NCBI GenBank assembly: GCA_965224025.1
Contig: OZ245033.1
Span: 1,632,001-1,696,000, forward strand
Length of the DNA: 64,000 bases
Direction of reading: 5' to 3'
DNA from: Candidatus Multivorans sp.
Lineage (GTDB): Bacteria; Acidobacteriota; Thermoanaerobaculia; Multivoradales; Multivoraceae
Below are positions 26,503 through 36,052 of this stretch, one piece after another. Position 1 is the first letter of the stretch, and each line of letters begins with the position of its first letter. The notes below the pieces were generated by a model that did not search any database, was not told where the DNA came from, and saw nothing but the letters and a program-made list of their open reading frames with translations. A program made the translations under genes and the position numbers.

Positions 26503-27063
26503 CTACTTGGCGTCAAGGCCAAAGGCCTTGTCGATGAGAGGCGAGAGCTCGCACCATGCCTTGAGGAGCTCGTCGATCAGGACCTGCCTGTACTCACGCA
26601 ACTTGTCGGCTTCCCAGTACCGTTCCGGTCGTCCGCCCCTGACATCGATGTCCCTGAAGCGCCACATCCGGCTCTTCTTCGGATACAACTCCTTGCAACC
26701 CTCAAAGAGCTCGCCGTACTTTTCCTGATTCGCTCTGACGCCGCAGTAAGGCCCCGGACCCGAACCGAACCCGGTGTCTCGTTTGTGCCACTGAAGCCGA
26801 ACGTCGGGATCATCGTCGTCCTCGGGCCAACTGTGGCGCCGCAGACCGATCGTCGGCCAGCTCTTGTCACCGCCGTCGTCTTCGATGAATGACTTCACGT
26901 CATTCATCCGTCGTGCCTTGAGTGCACATCGCAGCGACTCCCGGAGGCTGCGATAGAACTTGTCTGCAAGTTCGTGGGCTTCTCTCTTGATGCCCGCCCA
27001 TTCTTCGATCTGTTCTTCGTGTTCCAGGTAGAATTTGATCCGTTCATCCTTGATCCGGTTCAT
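26503..27063 (-). CDS. Hypothetical protein coupled to PD-(D/E)XK nuclease
   Basis: ATGA overlap with upstream nuclease; lower GC; FYLEH motif near N-terminus. Confidence 0.75.
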   Translation of the reverse strand: MNRIKDERIKFYLEHEEQIEEWAGIKREAHELADKFYRSLRESLRCALKARRMNDVKSFIEDDGGDKSWPTIGLRRHSWPEDDDDPDVRLQWHKRDTGFGSGPGPYCGVRANQEKYGELFEGCKELYPKKSRMWRFRDIDVRGGRPERYWEADKLREYRQVLIDELLKAWCELSPLIDKAFGLDAK

Positions 27064-27722
27064 CCGAACTGCTCCTTCAACGTAGACAAGTAGTTCTCGA
27101 CAGCTCCGACAGGTGCATCTGAAGCGACGCGCTCGACGATCTGGCGAACCTGGCGCCAGGACAGTGTCGTGAACGCCTCTCGAGCTTCGGCGCTGTATGC
27201 GGTCTGCGGTTTGCGGCCATCCGGAGTCAGGAACAGGAAGAGCGGCCCCTCCTCACGTTGGAAGTTCTTGTACAGATCCTCACACTGAGACGGTTGCTCC
27301 TCCGCATCGACCTTGATTTCGATCACGAGGGTGAATCTCCTGCCCCGGGCGACGACGTCGGCTTCCCGTGCTTTTCCCCGGTAGCTCGCATCCACACGCT
27401 TGACGGCAAACGCGTCGCCACCGGAGTCGCCGCCGCAACATGCGACCAAGGACCCAATGACCGCCGTACCGAGCTCGTGCCGACCCATCGGATCGAGGAG
27501 CCACCTCAACATGTACGTATGGGCCAACTCGTCCCGCTCCCTGCGCATGATCGCCATCAGGTCAGAAGGGCCAGACAACCACTTCCCCTCTCGAACGAGG
27601 CGCTGTTGATGCGCCCTCATCCTCCTCATGGTTCGAATCCAGTCCTCGACGCGCGCGGACTCGATCCGCTTCCACTGGCACCGCATCCCCCGAAACCGTT
27701 CGACGTGTGAAGAAGTCGTCAT
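27060..27722 (-). CDS. PD-(D/E)XK nuclease (PDDEXK_4-like)
   Basis: ELAHTYMLRWLLDP..H.LG, ADVV...LVIEIKV..E..Q, FLFLTPDG; start 27722 or 27770. Confidence 0.82.
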   Translation of the reverse strand: MTTSSHVERFRGMRCQWKRIESARVEDWIRTMRRMRAHQQRLVREGKWLSGPSDLMAIMRRERDELAHTYMLRWLLDPMGRHELGTAVIGSLVACCGGDSGGDAFAVKRVDASYRGKAREADVVARGRRFTLVIEIKVDAEEQPSQCEDLYKNFQREEGPLFLFLTPDGRKPQTAYSAEAREAFTTLSWRQVRQIVERVASDAPVGAVENYLSTLKEQFG

Positions 27723-27839
27723 GCCCGTCTCGGCCGCAAACTGGAACTCAGTTCGACGCCGCGGGCCCAAAGGCGCTCGGAGTGCTCGACATGATAAACA
27801 CCACAGATCCTAGAACAATGGAGCTGCGCGAGACCGCCG

Positions 27840-28523
27840 ATGAACTCCACCCCAGCCACGCAAACCAGCATCCAGGCCTCCGACGGCCAGCCCGTCAGCG
27901 CGATCCTGCTCGAGCCCGACGGCGCACGCTGTCTGCTCGTCTTCGCCCATGGCGCCGGCGCGGGCATGCGCCACGCAACGATGGAAACCTTCTCCCACGG
28001 CGTGGCGGATCTTGGAATCGCTACGTTCCGATTTCAGTTTCCCTATACCGAGAAGGGCAGCCGCCGTCCGGACCCGCGGCCTGTGCTGCAGCGATCCGTC
28101 CGGGCGGCGGTGGCCCAAGCCAAAGCCCTGCGGCCCGACTTGCCGCTCCTCGCAGGCGGCCGGTCGATGGGTGGCCGAATGGCCTCGGGCGCCGAGGCCA
28201 GCGAAGCACTCGACGTCGACGGCTTCGTCTTTCATGCCTTTCCGCTGCACCCGCCAAGCAAACCCGGAACATCGCGCGCCGACCACCTCGACGAGGTCGC
28301 CAAGCCGATGCTCTTCCTGAACGGCACCCGGGATCGGCTCGCAGACCGCGATCTGCTGGCCGGCGTCTGTGATCGGCTCGGTGCACGCGCCACGCTCCAC
28401 CAAGTCGAGGGCGGCGACCACAGCCTGCAAGTGCTGAAGCGGTCCGGTCGCAGGCAGGAGGACGTGGATCGGGAAGTGGCCGAGGCGGTCAGCGGGTGGT
28501 GCCGGGAAGTGCTCGGGCTCTAG
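27840..28523 (+). CDS. Alpha/beta hydrolase (KANL3/Tex30-like)
   Basis: AHGAGAG, GGRSMGGR, FPLHPP, GTRD, GDHS. Confidence 0.88.
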   Translation: MNSTPATQTSIQASDGQPVSAILLEPDGARCLLVFAHGAGAGMRHATMETFSHGVADLGIATFRFQFPYTEKGSRRPDPRPVLQRSVRAAVAQAKALRPDLPLLAGGRSMGGRMASGAEASEALDVDGFVFHAFPLHPPSKPGTSRADHLDEVAKPMLFLNGTRDRLADRDLLAGVCDRLGARATLHQVEGGDHSLQVLKRSGRRQEDVDREVAEAVSGWCREVLGL

Positions 28524-28552
28524 GGCGCTCTGGACAGCGGATGTGCGGCCTC

Positions 28553-28681
28553 TCAGCACGCCGATTCGAGGACGAACCGCGCACTTTCCAGGCGAAGCAT
28601 CTGAAACGGAGTCATGAAGTCGAAGCCATAGTGGAGGTTCTGCGCCGCAATCATGACGTTCGCGTCCAGGAGATAGCCCAT
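28553..28681 (-). pseudogene. DUF4411 (PIN-like) gene collapsed by a large in-frame deletion
   Basis: 42 aa MGYLLDANVMIAAQNLHYGFDF joined to MTPFQMLRLESARFVL, i.e. family N-terminus fused to family C-terminus; TGATG-coupled to the ImmA/IrrE gene. Confidence 0.75.
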
Positions 28682-29844
28682 CAGTAGCCAACCCCCAGCG
28701 TGCGGCCGAGCTCGTTGAAGGTCTCCATCTTCTTCACGCCGAGCATCCCGAACGCCTCGGTAAACCCCGTTCGACCTTCGAGGGTGCTCTCCACCAGTGC
28801 CCGGGCAAAGCGTTTGCTGACCCGTGCGCCCAACGTCAAGTAGAAGTTCCCACCGCTACCCTTCGACAGGCCACGCAAGCGGGCGAGCTCGTCGTCACAG
28901 GCGGCCCACAGCTCTTCACGGGAGAGGGCTCCGGCATCGTGGATGCGCCTCAGAACCACCAACGTGCTGACCTTGAAGCGGCGAGCGAGGCGACTCACCT
29001 CGCCGTCGAGACCCGCATGGACATCGAGTTCCCTGCGGAGGACTTGGAGCGGCACCAGAAGCTCCGCCGCTACTCGATTGCACCACCGCTCGGTTTCCTC
29101 GTCGGGCACCGCAGGGATCCGTGCATCGGACGCCGCGGACTGGCCCAGCCAGATGTGGGCGATCTCATGTGCCAGAGTGAACATCTGGGCGGCCTTGGTG
29201 CCCGCTCAGTTGACGAAGACGAGAGGCGCAAGCGGGTCAGCGAGCGCGAAACCTCGAAACTCCTCGGGATCAAGCGGTCGGCGGTTGTTGCTGCCGACCA
29301 CGCCACTGACCATGACGAGAACGCCTAGAACGTCCGCTTGCCCGATGAACCGCCGCAGTGCGTCCGTCCAGGCGCCGAACCGCTTCCGTTCTTCCAAGTC
29401 GAGGCCGAACGCTCGACGGATGACAGCCGCCGTCGCCACGACATCATCTCCAACGCGAGCCGACCCAACGAACGCGTGCGGCGTCTCATGCGCCATTCGG
29501 GCGTAGTCCCGATACCAACTCTGGCGCTGCTGACAGAGGTGAACCATGTCCAGCAGGTTGGGACCGACCCAGTTGAGCCTTCACCCCAGTGCGGAAGTCA
29601 GGAATCGGTACGGACTCGACCGGCGGCTCTCCAAGAACTCGACCGGCGGCTCTCCAAGAAACAGGTGGCCGAACGGCGCGTGTGTCGCCTTCGCGAAGTC
29701 CTCCAACTGCCCGAAGGTGGGCTGCACTTCGCCACGCTCCCATGCTTCAATCTTCGGAAGACGCCGCGACGGATCCCCCCTCGATCGACCGGCTCGCTCA
29801 CGAGCCCACCTCAGGAGATCGGGCTGTACGGGGACGCGCATCAT
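28681..29844 (-). pseudogene. XRE-HTH + ImmA/IrrE metallopeptidase, disrupted
   Basis: LLRWARERAG..WERGEVQPT, EEFRGFAL, FTLAHEIAH, ERWCNRVAAELLVP; 23-bp tandem duplication at 29614-29659, second frameshift near 29565, in-frame TGA at 29206. Confidence 0.85.
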
Positions 29845-29949
29845 GGGTGAACCTCAGGCTCCCTGCTGGTTGCGGGAATCGTCGCCGTCCTGGCGCTAGA
29901 GGGCAGCATCCGCTTCGGTGGCGCTCAGGAGGCCTTCTCACTGAGTTCC

Positions 29950-30177
29950 GTGACCGGCCCGCGGCGCGCCTGGCTCTTCTGCGGTCATCTCGTCGTCGCC
30001 TTCGCGACGTCCATCGCCTGGTTCACGCTGGTGGTCCTGTCCTGGCGGCGCTTCGCGCACACCCTGCCTGGCTCGTTCGGCGGGCCGCACCGGCGCACGG
30101 GAGCGCTGACCTTCGTCGGCCTGTTCTTGACCTCCGCCAGCGGCACCGCCTTGTACGTCGTCAGTTTCGCGCTCTGA
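29950..30177 (+). CDS. Small membrane protein, possibly a C-terminal fragment of a DUF420-like gene
   Basis: Two TM helices with HRRTG..LTSASG..LY. Confidence 0.4.
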   Translation: MTGPRRAWLFCGHLVVAFATSIAWFTLVVLSWRRFAHTLPGSFGGPHRRTGALTFVGLFLTSASGTALYVVSFAL

Positions 30178-30234
30178 AGGTCGGACGGGAGCCGGAGCAC
30201 CGGGCAGTGCTCCCCTCTATAATCCGGCCCCATC

Positions 30235-32409
30235 ATGAGACCCACTCTTCGCCGGCTCGCTCCGGCTCTTGTTCTCCCCCTCTTGGCCTGCTCCACCGAC
30301 ACCTTCGACCCCGGGCCCGTCGAGTATCCGGAAACCCGGCAGGTGGACCAGGTCGACGACTACTTCGGGGTCGAGGTCGCCGACCCCTACCGCTGGCTCG
30401 AGGACCTCGACGGCGAGGAGACCGCGGCCTGGGTGGCGGCGCAGAACGCCGTTGCCGAGCCGTTCCTGGCCGCGCTTCCCGGCCGCTCGGCGATCGAGGA
30501 CCGGTTGCGGGAGATCTGGAACTACGAGCGCTGGAGCACGCCGAGCAAGCGCGGCGAGCGCTACTTCTACAACCACAACGACGGGCTCCAGGACCAGAGC
30601 GTCATGTACGTGGCGGAACAAGTGGACCGGGTGGGCGACGAGCCGCCGGGCCGCGTGCTGCTGGACCCGAACAGTTGGAGCGACGACGCGACGGTGGCGC
30701 TGGCCGGGTTCGCGCCCAGCCGGGACGGTCGCTTCGTGGCCTACGCGCAGTCGGACGGCGGTTCGGACTGGCGGACGTGGAAGGTCCACGATGTCGAAAG
30801 CGGCAAGGACACCGGCGACCTGATCGATTTCACGAAGTTCACGTCCATCTCCTGGATGCCCGACAACTCCGGCTTCTTCTACAGCCGCTACCCCCCGCGC
30901 GAAGACGATCCGACGAAGGGCGACGGTTCGAAGGCCGTTTCCGTCTACTTCCACGCCCTGGGCACGGACCAGGCGGAGGACCGGCTGGTCTTCAGCCAGC
31001 CGGAGCATCCACGCCGCAATCCGTACGCCTCGGTCTCCGAGGACGGCGAGTACCTGCTCGTCAACCTCCAGGAGGGCTACCTGGAGAACGCGGTGCACTA
31101 TCGGAAGATCGACGAGCCGGATTCCGCGATCCGGCCCCTGCTCGACCAGTGGGATGCGCTCTACGGTTACGTCGTGAACCTCGGTTCCGTGTTCCTGTTC
31201 GAAACGAACAAGGATGCGTCGCGCAACCGCATCGTCGCGGTGGACGTCGACGAGAAGGGCACGCCCGGCAACCCGACGCTCCATGAGGTCCTTCCCGAGT
31301 CCGAGGACACGCTGTCCTACGTGTCGGCGGTCGGCGGCAAGCTGGTCCTGAACTACCTGCACGACGCCCGCACCGTGGTCCGCCTTGCCGATCCGAACGG
31401 CACCCAGCCGGCAACTCCGGCCGGCGAGGTCGAACTGCCCGGAATCGGCACCGCCGGCGGCTTCGGCGGCCGCTGGGAGGACACCGAGACCTACTACTCG
31501 TACTCCAGCTTCGGCACGCCGTCGCAGATCCATCGCTACGACGTGGCGTCAGGCGAGAGCCAGTTGATCCGCAGCCCCGCGATTGACGCCGACCTCGACG
31601 GCTACGAAACGGAGCAGGTCTTCTACGAGAGCGCCGACGGCACCCGCATCCCGATGTTCATCACCCACCGCGCGGGTATCGAGAGGAACGGCGACAATCC
31701 GACTCTGCTCTACGGCTACGGCGGCTTCAACATCTCGCTCACGCCCGGATTCTCCTCGTCGCGGCTGGCGTGGCTCGAGATGGGCGGCGTGCTGGCGATC
31801 CCGAACCTGCGCGGCGGCGGCGAGTACGGCCGCGAGTGGCACCTGGCGGGCACGAAGCAGGACAAGCAGAACGTCTTCGACGACTTCATCGGCGCCGCTG
31901 AATGGTTGATCGCCGAGGGCTACACGAGCGCCGGGGGGATCGCGATCCAGGGCGGCAGCAACGGCGGCCTCCTGGTCGGCGCGACGCTCAACCAGCGCCC
32001 CGACCTGTTCGGGGCGGCCCTGCCTGCCGTCGGCGTCCTCGACATGTTGCGCTACCACCTGCCGAGCGCGAACGCCCGCAACTGGTCAACCGACTACGGC
32101 CTGTCGGAGAACGAGGAGGAGTTCCGGGCCCAGTACGCTTACTCGCCTCTTCACAACGTGCAGGAAGGCGGCTGCTACCCGCCGACGCTGGTCACCACCG
32201 CCGATCACGACGACCGGGTGGTGCCGTGGCACAGCTTCAAGTACGCCGCCGAAATGCAACGCGGCCAGGGCTGCGACAGCCCGGTCCTGATCCGGGTCGA
32301 GACCCGGGCCGGCCACGGCGCCGGCAAGCCGACCTGGATGCAGATCGAGGACGTTGCCGACCAGTGGGCCTTCGCGGCCTGGGCACTGGGTCTCGAGCCG
32401 AGCTTCTGA
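30235..32409 (+). CDS. Prolyl oligopeptidase (S9A), lipoprotein
   Basis: LLAC lipobox; DPYRWLE, GGSNGG, DHDDRV, GHG. Confidence 0.95.
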   Translation: MRPTLRRLAPALVLPLLACSTDTFDPGPVEYPETRQVDQVDDYFGVEVADPYRWLEDLDGEETAAWVAAQNAVAEPFLAALPGRSAIEDRLREIWNYERWSTPSKRGERYFYNHNDGLQDQSVMYVAEQVDRVGDEPPGRVLLDPNSWSDDATVALAGFAPSRDGRFVAYAQSDGGSDWRTWKVHDVESGKDTGDLIDFTKFTSISWMPDNSGFFYSRYPPREDDPTKGDGSKAVSVYFHALGTDQAEDRLVFSQPEHPRRNPYASVSEDGEYLLVNLQEGYLENAVHYRKIDEPDSAIRPLLDQWDALYGYVVNLGSVFLFETNKDASRNRIVAVDVDEKGTPGNPTLHEVLPESEDTLSYVSAVGGKLVLNYLHDARTVVRLADPNGTQPATPAGEVELPGIGTAGGFGGRWEDTETYYSYSSFGTPSQIHRYDVASGESQLIRSPAIDADLDGYETEQVFYESADGTRIPMFITHRAGIERNGDNPTLLYGYGGFNISLTPGFSSSRLAWLEMGGVLAIPNLRGGGEYGREWHLAGTKQDKQNVFDDFIGAAEWLIAEGYTSAGGIAIQGGSNGGLLVGATLNQRPDLFGAALPAVGVLDMLRYHLPSANARNWSTDYGLSENEEEFRAQYAYSPLHNVQEGGCYPPTLVTTADHDDRVVPWHSFKYAAEMQRGQGCDSPVLIRVETRAGHGAGKPTWMQIEDVADQWAFAAWALGLEPSF

Positions 32410-32420
32410 GCTCCTCCCCA

Positions 32421-32837
32421 ATGACCACGCCCTACCGGCACACGATCCGCGTCCGCTACGGCGAGGTCGACAAGCAGGGCGTCGTGTTCAACGCCCACTA
32501 CATGGCGTACATGGACGACGCTCTGGAGAACTGGCTGCTCGGCATCCGCGAACTCCGGGCGAAGCTCGGTTGGGAGATGATGCTCCGCCGCTGCACGATC
32601 GACTTCCTCGGTTCGGTGACCGACGGCGACCTGCTGGACATCGATCTGGCCATCAAGCACTGGGGACGGACCTCGTGGACGCTCGGCTACCGCGGCACCC
32701 ACGAGGGCCGGCTCGTGTTCACCGGGGAAGTGCTCTACGTCAGCGTGCAGGCCCCCGAGTACACGAAGATGGAGACCCCGGCCGGGATCCGGGCCTACAT
32801 GGGGCCGGAGACCGATCTGGACGAGGCAGCCAACTGA
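32421..32837 (+). CDS. Acyl-CoA thioesterase (YbgC/4HBT family)
   Basis: VRYGEVDKQGVVFNAHY. Confidence 0.88.
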   Translation: MTTPYRHTIRVRYGEVDKQGVVFNAHYMAYMDDALENWLLGIRELRAKLGWEMMLRRCTIDFLGSVTDGDLLDIDLAIKHWGRTSWTLGYRGTHEGRLVFTGEVLYVSVQAPEYTKMETPAGIRAYMGPETDLDEAAN

Positions 32838-32857
32838 GGCGCACCGACCTCCCCACA

Positions 32858-32917
32858 CTGGGTGCGCCGGCGCCCCCGCCGGCTTTCCGGAAAGACGCGC
32901 CGCGCAGCGGCGACCAT
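32858..32917. repeat. REP-like 60-bp repeat (family 2)
   Basis: CTGGGTGCGCCGGCGCCCCCGCCGGCTTTCCGGAAAGACGCGCCGCGCAGCGGCGACCAT; near-identical inverted copy at 35903-35962. Confidence 0.8.
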
Positions 32918-32958
32918 AGCTTCCGCCCCCCCGATCCCGGTTTGACCCGGCACCTCAC

Positions 32959-33627
32959 GTGAACCTCGATCTCCCGCCCCTCCCCCGCTCGTTCTACGCC
33001 CGCACCGCGCTCGAGGTCGCTCCCGAGTTGCTCAACAAGGTGCTGATCCGCGGCCGACGTGCGGCCCGCATCGTCGAAGTCGAGGCCTACGAGGGATCGA
33101 ACGACCCCTCCAGCCACGGTCACCGCGGGATGACGGACCGGAACCGGACGATGTTCGGGCCGCCCGGGCACCTCTACGTGTACTTCACCTACGGCATGCA
33201 CCACTGCGCGAATGTCGTCTGCGGTGAGGAAGCCGTGTGTTCCGCCGTCCTTCTGCGCGCCGTCGCACCGCTAGCCGGCCAGGACGTCATGCGCCGCGCT
33301 CGCAACGCGGCCAGCAGGCGCCGCTCCACCAAGCCGTTTCGATCCGTCAACCTCTGCTCCGGCCCCGCCCGCCTGTGCCAGGCCTTCGGCCTCGACCGCC
33401 GCGACGACGGCGTCGACCTGGTCGCGGCATCGGCCGCTGGAAGTCGCCTGCCCATCGTCATCGTGGACGACGGCACGCCTCCTCCGGACCAGCCCGGCCG
33501 CAGCGGCCGCATCGGCGTCTCGCGGGCCCCGAACCGACCCTGGCGCTTCTATGTCGCCGGCGAACCGAACGTGTCCAGGTCCCGTGGGCCCAACACCGGC
33601 AGCCACGCCGGGCCCGCCACCGCCTGA
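32959..33627 (+). CDS. DNA-3-methyladenine glycosylase (MPG/AAG)
   Basis: IVEVEAY, MFGPPGHLYVYFTYGMH, AVLLRA, SGPARLCQA, RIGVS, WRFY. Confidence 0.93.
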   Translation: MNLDLPPLPRSFYARTALEVAPELLNKVLIRGRRAARIVEVEAYEGSNDPSSHGHRGMTDRNRTMFGPPGHLYVYFTYGMHHCANVVCGEEAVCSAVLLRAVAPLAGQDVMRRARNAASRRRSTKPFRSVNLCSGPARLCQAFGLDRRDDGVDLVAASAAGSRLPIVIVDDGTPPPDQPGRSGRIGVSRAPNRPWRFYVAGEPNVSRSRGPNTGSHAGPATA

Positions 33628-33639
33628 TCCCCGAATCAC

Positions 33640-34842
33640 TCAGGCGGAGGCAAGCACCTCCGCCATCTCTCGAAGCCCGATCGCTTCGACGCCGCCCCCT
33701 TTCGGGTATTTCTCCTCCCCGCTGTGAACCAGGAAGGCCGAGTCGGGACTCACGTCATCAAGGGCGACCCTGAGTCCCTTGCCAACTGAAGGCGCCGCGC
33801 TGCGCTTGATCTCCACGGCCCAGGTCCGATTGCCCGGCAGCTCCAGCACGAGGTCGATCTCGACACCGGTCGCCGTCCGAAAGAAAGACGCCTGAGTACG
33901 TTCCGGCGCCGCGCGAATCAGCGTCTCGACGACGAACCCCTCCCAACTTGCGCCGGCCACCGGATGACCCAGCACTGCTTCTTCGTCGTCGAGGCGCAGC
34001 AGGCTGTGGACCACTCCACTGTCCCGCAGATAGACCTTGGGCGACTTGACCAGCCGTTTGCGGACGTTGGCGTGAAACGGCGGCAACCGTCGCGCCAGCA
34101 ACAGATCGACCATCAGGTCCACGTACTTCGCAACGGTCTTGCCGTCGACCGCCAGGCTCCGGGCCAGCGCGGCGGCGTTCCAGACTCCGCCCTGGGCATG
34201 CGCAAGCATGGTCCAGAAACGCCGCAGGGTTTGCGCAGGAATCCGCGGCCCCAAGGCCGGAACGTCCCGCTCCAGGTATGTGTGGATGAAGTTCTCCCGC
34301 CACAGAACACTGTCCGCGTCCGAAGGCGCCATGAAAGCGGGCGGAAAGCCGCCCCGAATCCAAAGCTGCGTCTGTTCGTTCCGGTCGACCTCGCGAACAT
34401 CCAGGGGAGCCAGCTCGAGATAGGCAATGCGCCCGGCCAGGCTCTCTCCCGATTGGCGCAGAAGATCCATGGAGGCCGATACCAGGAGGAGGAACTGTCC
34501 CGTCCGGTCGCCGGCTCGAATGCGATCGTCGATGAGCCCACGCAAGACCTCGAACAGCCCTGGCGTACGGTGGATTTCGTCCAGGACGACGAGCCGGCCC
34601 CGATGTCGGCTGAGGTAACCCCGCGCATCCGCCAGTTTCTCCCGATCGGCTGGGTTCTCGAGGTCGAGATACAGACCCTTGCTTCCGGGCCCCCGCCCAG
34701 GTTGGCCGCCAGCGTCCGCGATGGCTCGAGCCAGCGTCGTCTTGCCGACCTGGCGCGGCCCCATCAGGGCCACCGCAGGGAAGAACCGCAGTCGGTCTTC
34801 TACGCGCGCCCTCAGTATTCGTGGGACTACCTCGTCAATCAT
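33640..34842 (-). CDS. AAA_14 ATPase with DUF4143 domain
   Basis: GPRQVGKT, LDEIH, LAGR, YLERD, KRLVKSPKVYLRDSG, GASWEG, EIDLV..VEIK. Confidence 0.92.
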   Translation of the reverse strand: MIDEVVPRILRARVEDRLRFFPAVALMGPRQVGKTTLARAIADAGGQPGRGPGSKGLYLDLENPADREKLADARGYLSRHRGRLVVLDEIHRTPGLFEVLRGLIDDRIRAGDRTGQFLLLVSASMDLLRQSGESLAGRIAYLELAPLDVREVDRNEQTQLWIRGGFPPAFMAPSDADSVLWRENFIHTYLERDVPALGPRIPAQTLRRFWTMLAHAQGGVWNAAALARSLAVDGKTVAKYVDLMVDLLLARRLPPFHANVRKRLVKSPKVYLRDSGVVHSLLRLDDEEAVLGHPVAGASWEGFVVETLIRAAPERTQASFFRTATGVEIDLVLELPGNRTWAVEIKRSAAPSVGKGLRVALDDVSPDSAFLVHSGEEKYPKGGGVEAIGLREMAEVLASA

Positions 34843-34879
34843 CCTTGCAATTATGGACTAACGGTCCAGAATTGCAAGG
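34843..34879. promoter_or_regulatory. Long inverted repeat (putative operator) abutting the start codon
   Basis: CCTTGCAATTATGGAC-TAACG-GTCCAGAATTGCAAGG. Confidence 0.65.
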
Positions 34880-34947
34880 TTGTGAGCGGTCAAAGGTACC
34901 GCGCTTGAGGAATTCACGAGCCCCAAGACGGAGGTGGCCGCAAGTCG

Positions 34948-35832
34948 TTAGTCGGAGCCTCCACTCATCGCCCGAAGCCGCGCCACCAGGCTCGACGTGT
35001 CCCAGCGCAGGCCGCCGAGCGCGGTGACCTCGCTGTAGAACTGGTCGACCAGGGCCGCCACGGGCAGGTGGGCCCCGTTCTGACGGGCCTCTTCCAGGGC
35101 GATCCCCAGGTCCTTGCGCATCCACTGGACCGCGAAGCCGTAGTCGAACTTCCCCTGGACCATCGTCTCGGCGCGGTTGTCCATCTGCCATGACCCGGCG
35201 GCGCCGGTCGAGATCGCGCCGATGACCGCCAGCGGGTCGAGACCGGCCTTCTCGGCGAAGTGAATGCCCTCGGAGAGGCCCTGAACGATGCCGGCGATGC
35301 AGAGCTGGTTGACAGCCTTGGTCAACTGGCCGCTGCCGGCGGGGCCGAGCAGGCTGACCGCCCGGCTGTAGCAGTCGATGACCGCGTTCACCCGCTCGAA
35401 GACGTCCGGTTCGCCGCCGCACATGACGGTCAGCGCGCCATTCTCGGCGCCTGCCTGGCCGCCCGAGACCGGCGCGTCGACGAAGCCGAAGTCCTTTTCA
35501 GCGCAGGCCTCGGCGAGTTCGCGGGCCAACCGCGCCGACGCGGTCGTGTGGTCGACGAGGACACTGCCCGCGACCATGCCATCGAGCGCGCCGCCCGACT
35601 CGAGCGTCACCGCCCGCACGTCGTCATCGTTGCCGACGCAGCAAAACACGAACTCGGCACCGGCCGCCGCCTCGGCGGGAGTCGGAGCGCTGCTGCCGCC
35701 GTGCTCCTCTACCCATTGCTCCGCCTTCGCCGTGGTGCGGTTGTACACCGTCACCCGGTGGCCGGCTGCCGCCAGGTGGCCAGCCATCGGGTAGCCCATG
35801 ACTCCAAGTCCGACGAACGCTACGTCTGCCAT
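34948..35832 (-). CDS. NAD(P)-dependent beta-hydroxyacid dehydrogenase (3-hydroxyisobutyrate DH family)
   Basis: GLGVMG, DAPVSGGQAGA, GSGQLTK, KDL; GGAGG SD. Confidence 0.93.
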   Translation of the reverse strand: MADVAFVGLGVMGYPMAGHLAAAGHRVTVYNRTTAKAEQWVEEHGGSSAPTPAEAAAGAEFVFCCVGNDDDVRAVTLESGGALDGMVAGSVLVDHTTASARLARELAEACAEKDFGFVDAPVSGGQAGAENGALTVMCGGEPDVFERVNAVIDCYSRAVSLLGPAGSGQLTKAVNQLCIAGIVQGLSEGIHFAEKAGLDPLAVIGAISTGAAGSWQMDNRAETMVQGKFDYGFAVQWMRKDLGIALEEARQNGAHLPVAALVDQFYSEVTALGGLRWDTSSLVARLRAMSGGSD

Positions 35833-35902
35833 ATGGCGCACCTCCCCAGCGGCGAATGTTGCCCCTGGCTTCGTGAATGAGGCGCGATCCTAGCGCCGCG
35901 GA

Positions 35903-35962
35903 ATGGTCGCCGCTCCGCGGCGCGTCTCTTCCGGAAGCCGGCGAGGGCGCCGGCGCAGCCAG
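35903..35962. repeat. REP-like 60-bp repeat (family 2), inverted
   Basis: Reverse complement matches 32858-32917 with few differences. Confidence 0.8.
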
Positions 35963-36052
35963 TCTTTGCCGCACGGGCCATCGGCGGCCAAGGAAGAAGG
36001 GCGGGCGCCCGAAGGACGCCCGCCTGTTGAACGAATGCAGGTTGGCCGCAGC

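Noticed and set aside
27628-27645. GGTTCGAATCC tRNA T-loop-like motif
   Set aside because: Lies inside the nuclease CDS with no acceptor or anticodon stems around it
29206-29208. In-frame TGA in the ImmA/IrrE gene as selenocysteine or recoding
   Set aside because: The position corresponds to a Gly-like site (one change from GGA) and the gene has two other disabling lesions
32858-35962. Composite transposon bounded by the inverted 60-bp repeats
   Set aside because: No transposase or target-site duplication visible; the enclosed genes are mostly housekeeping
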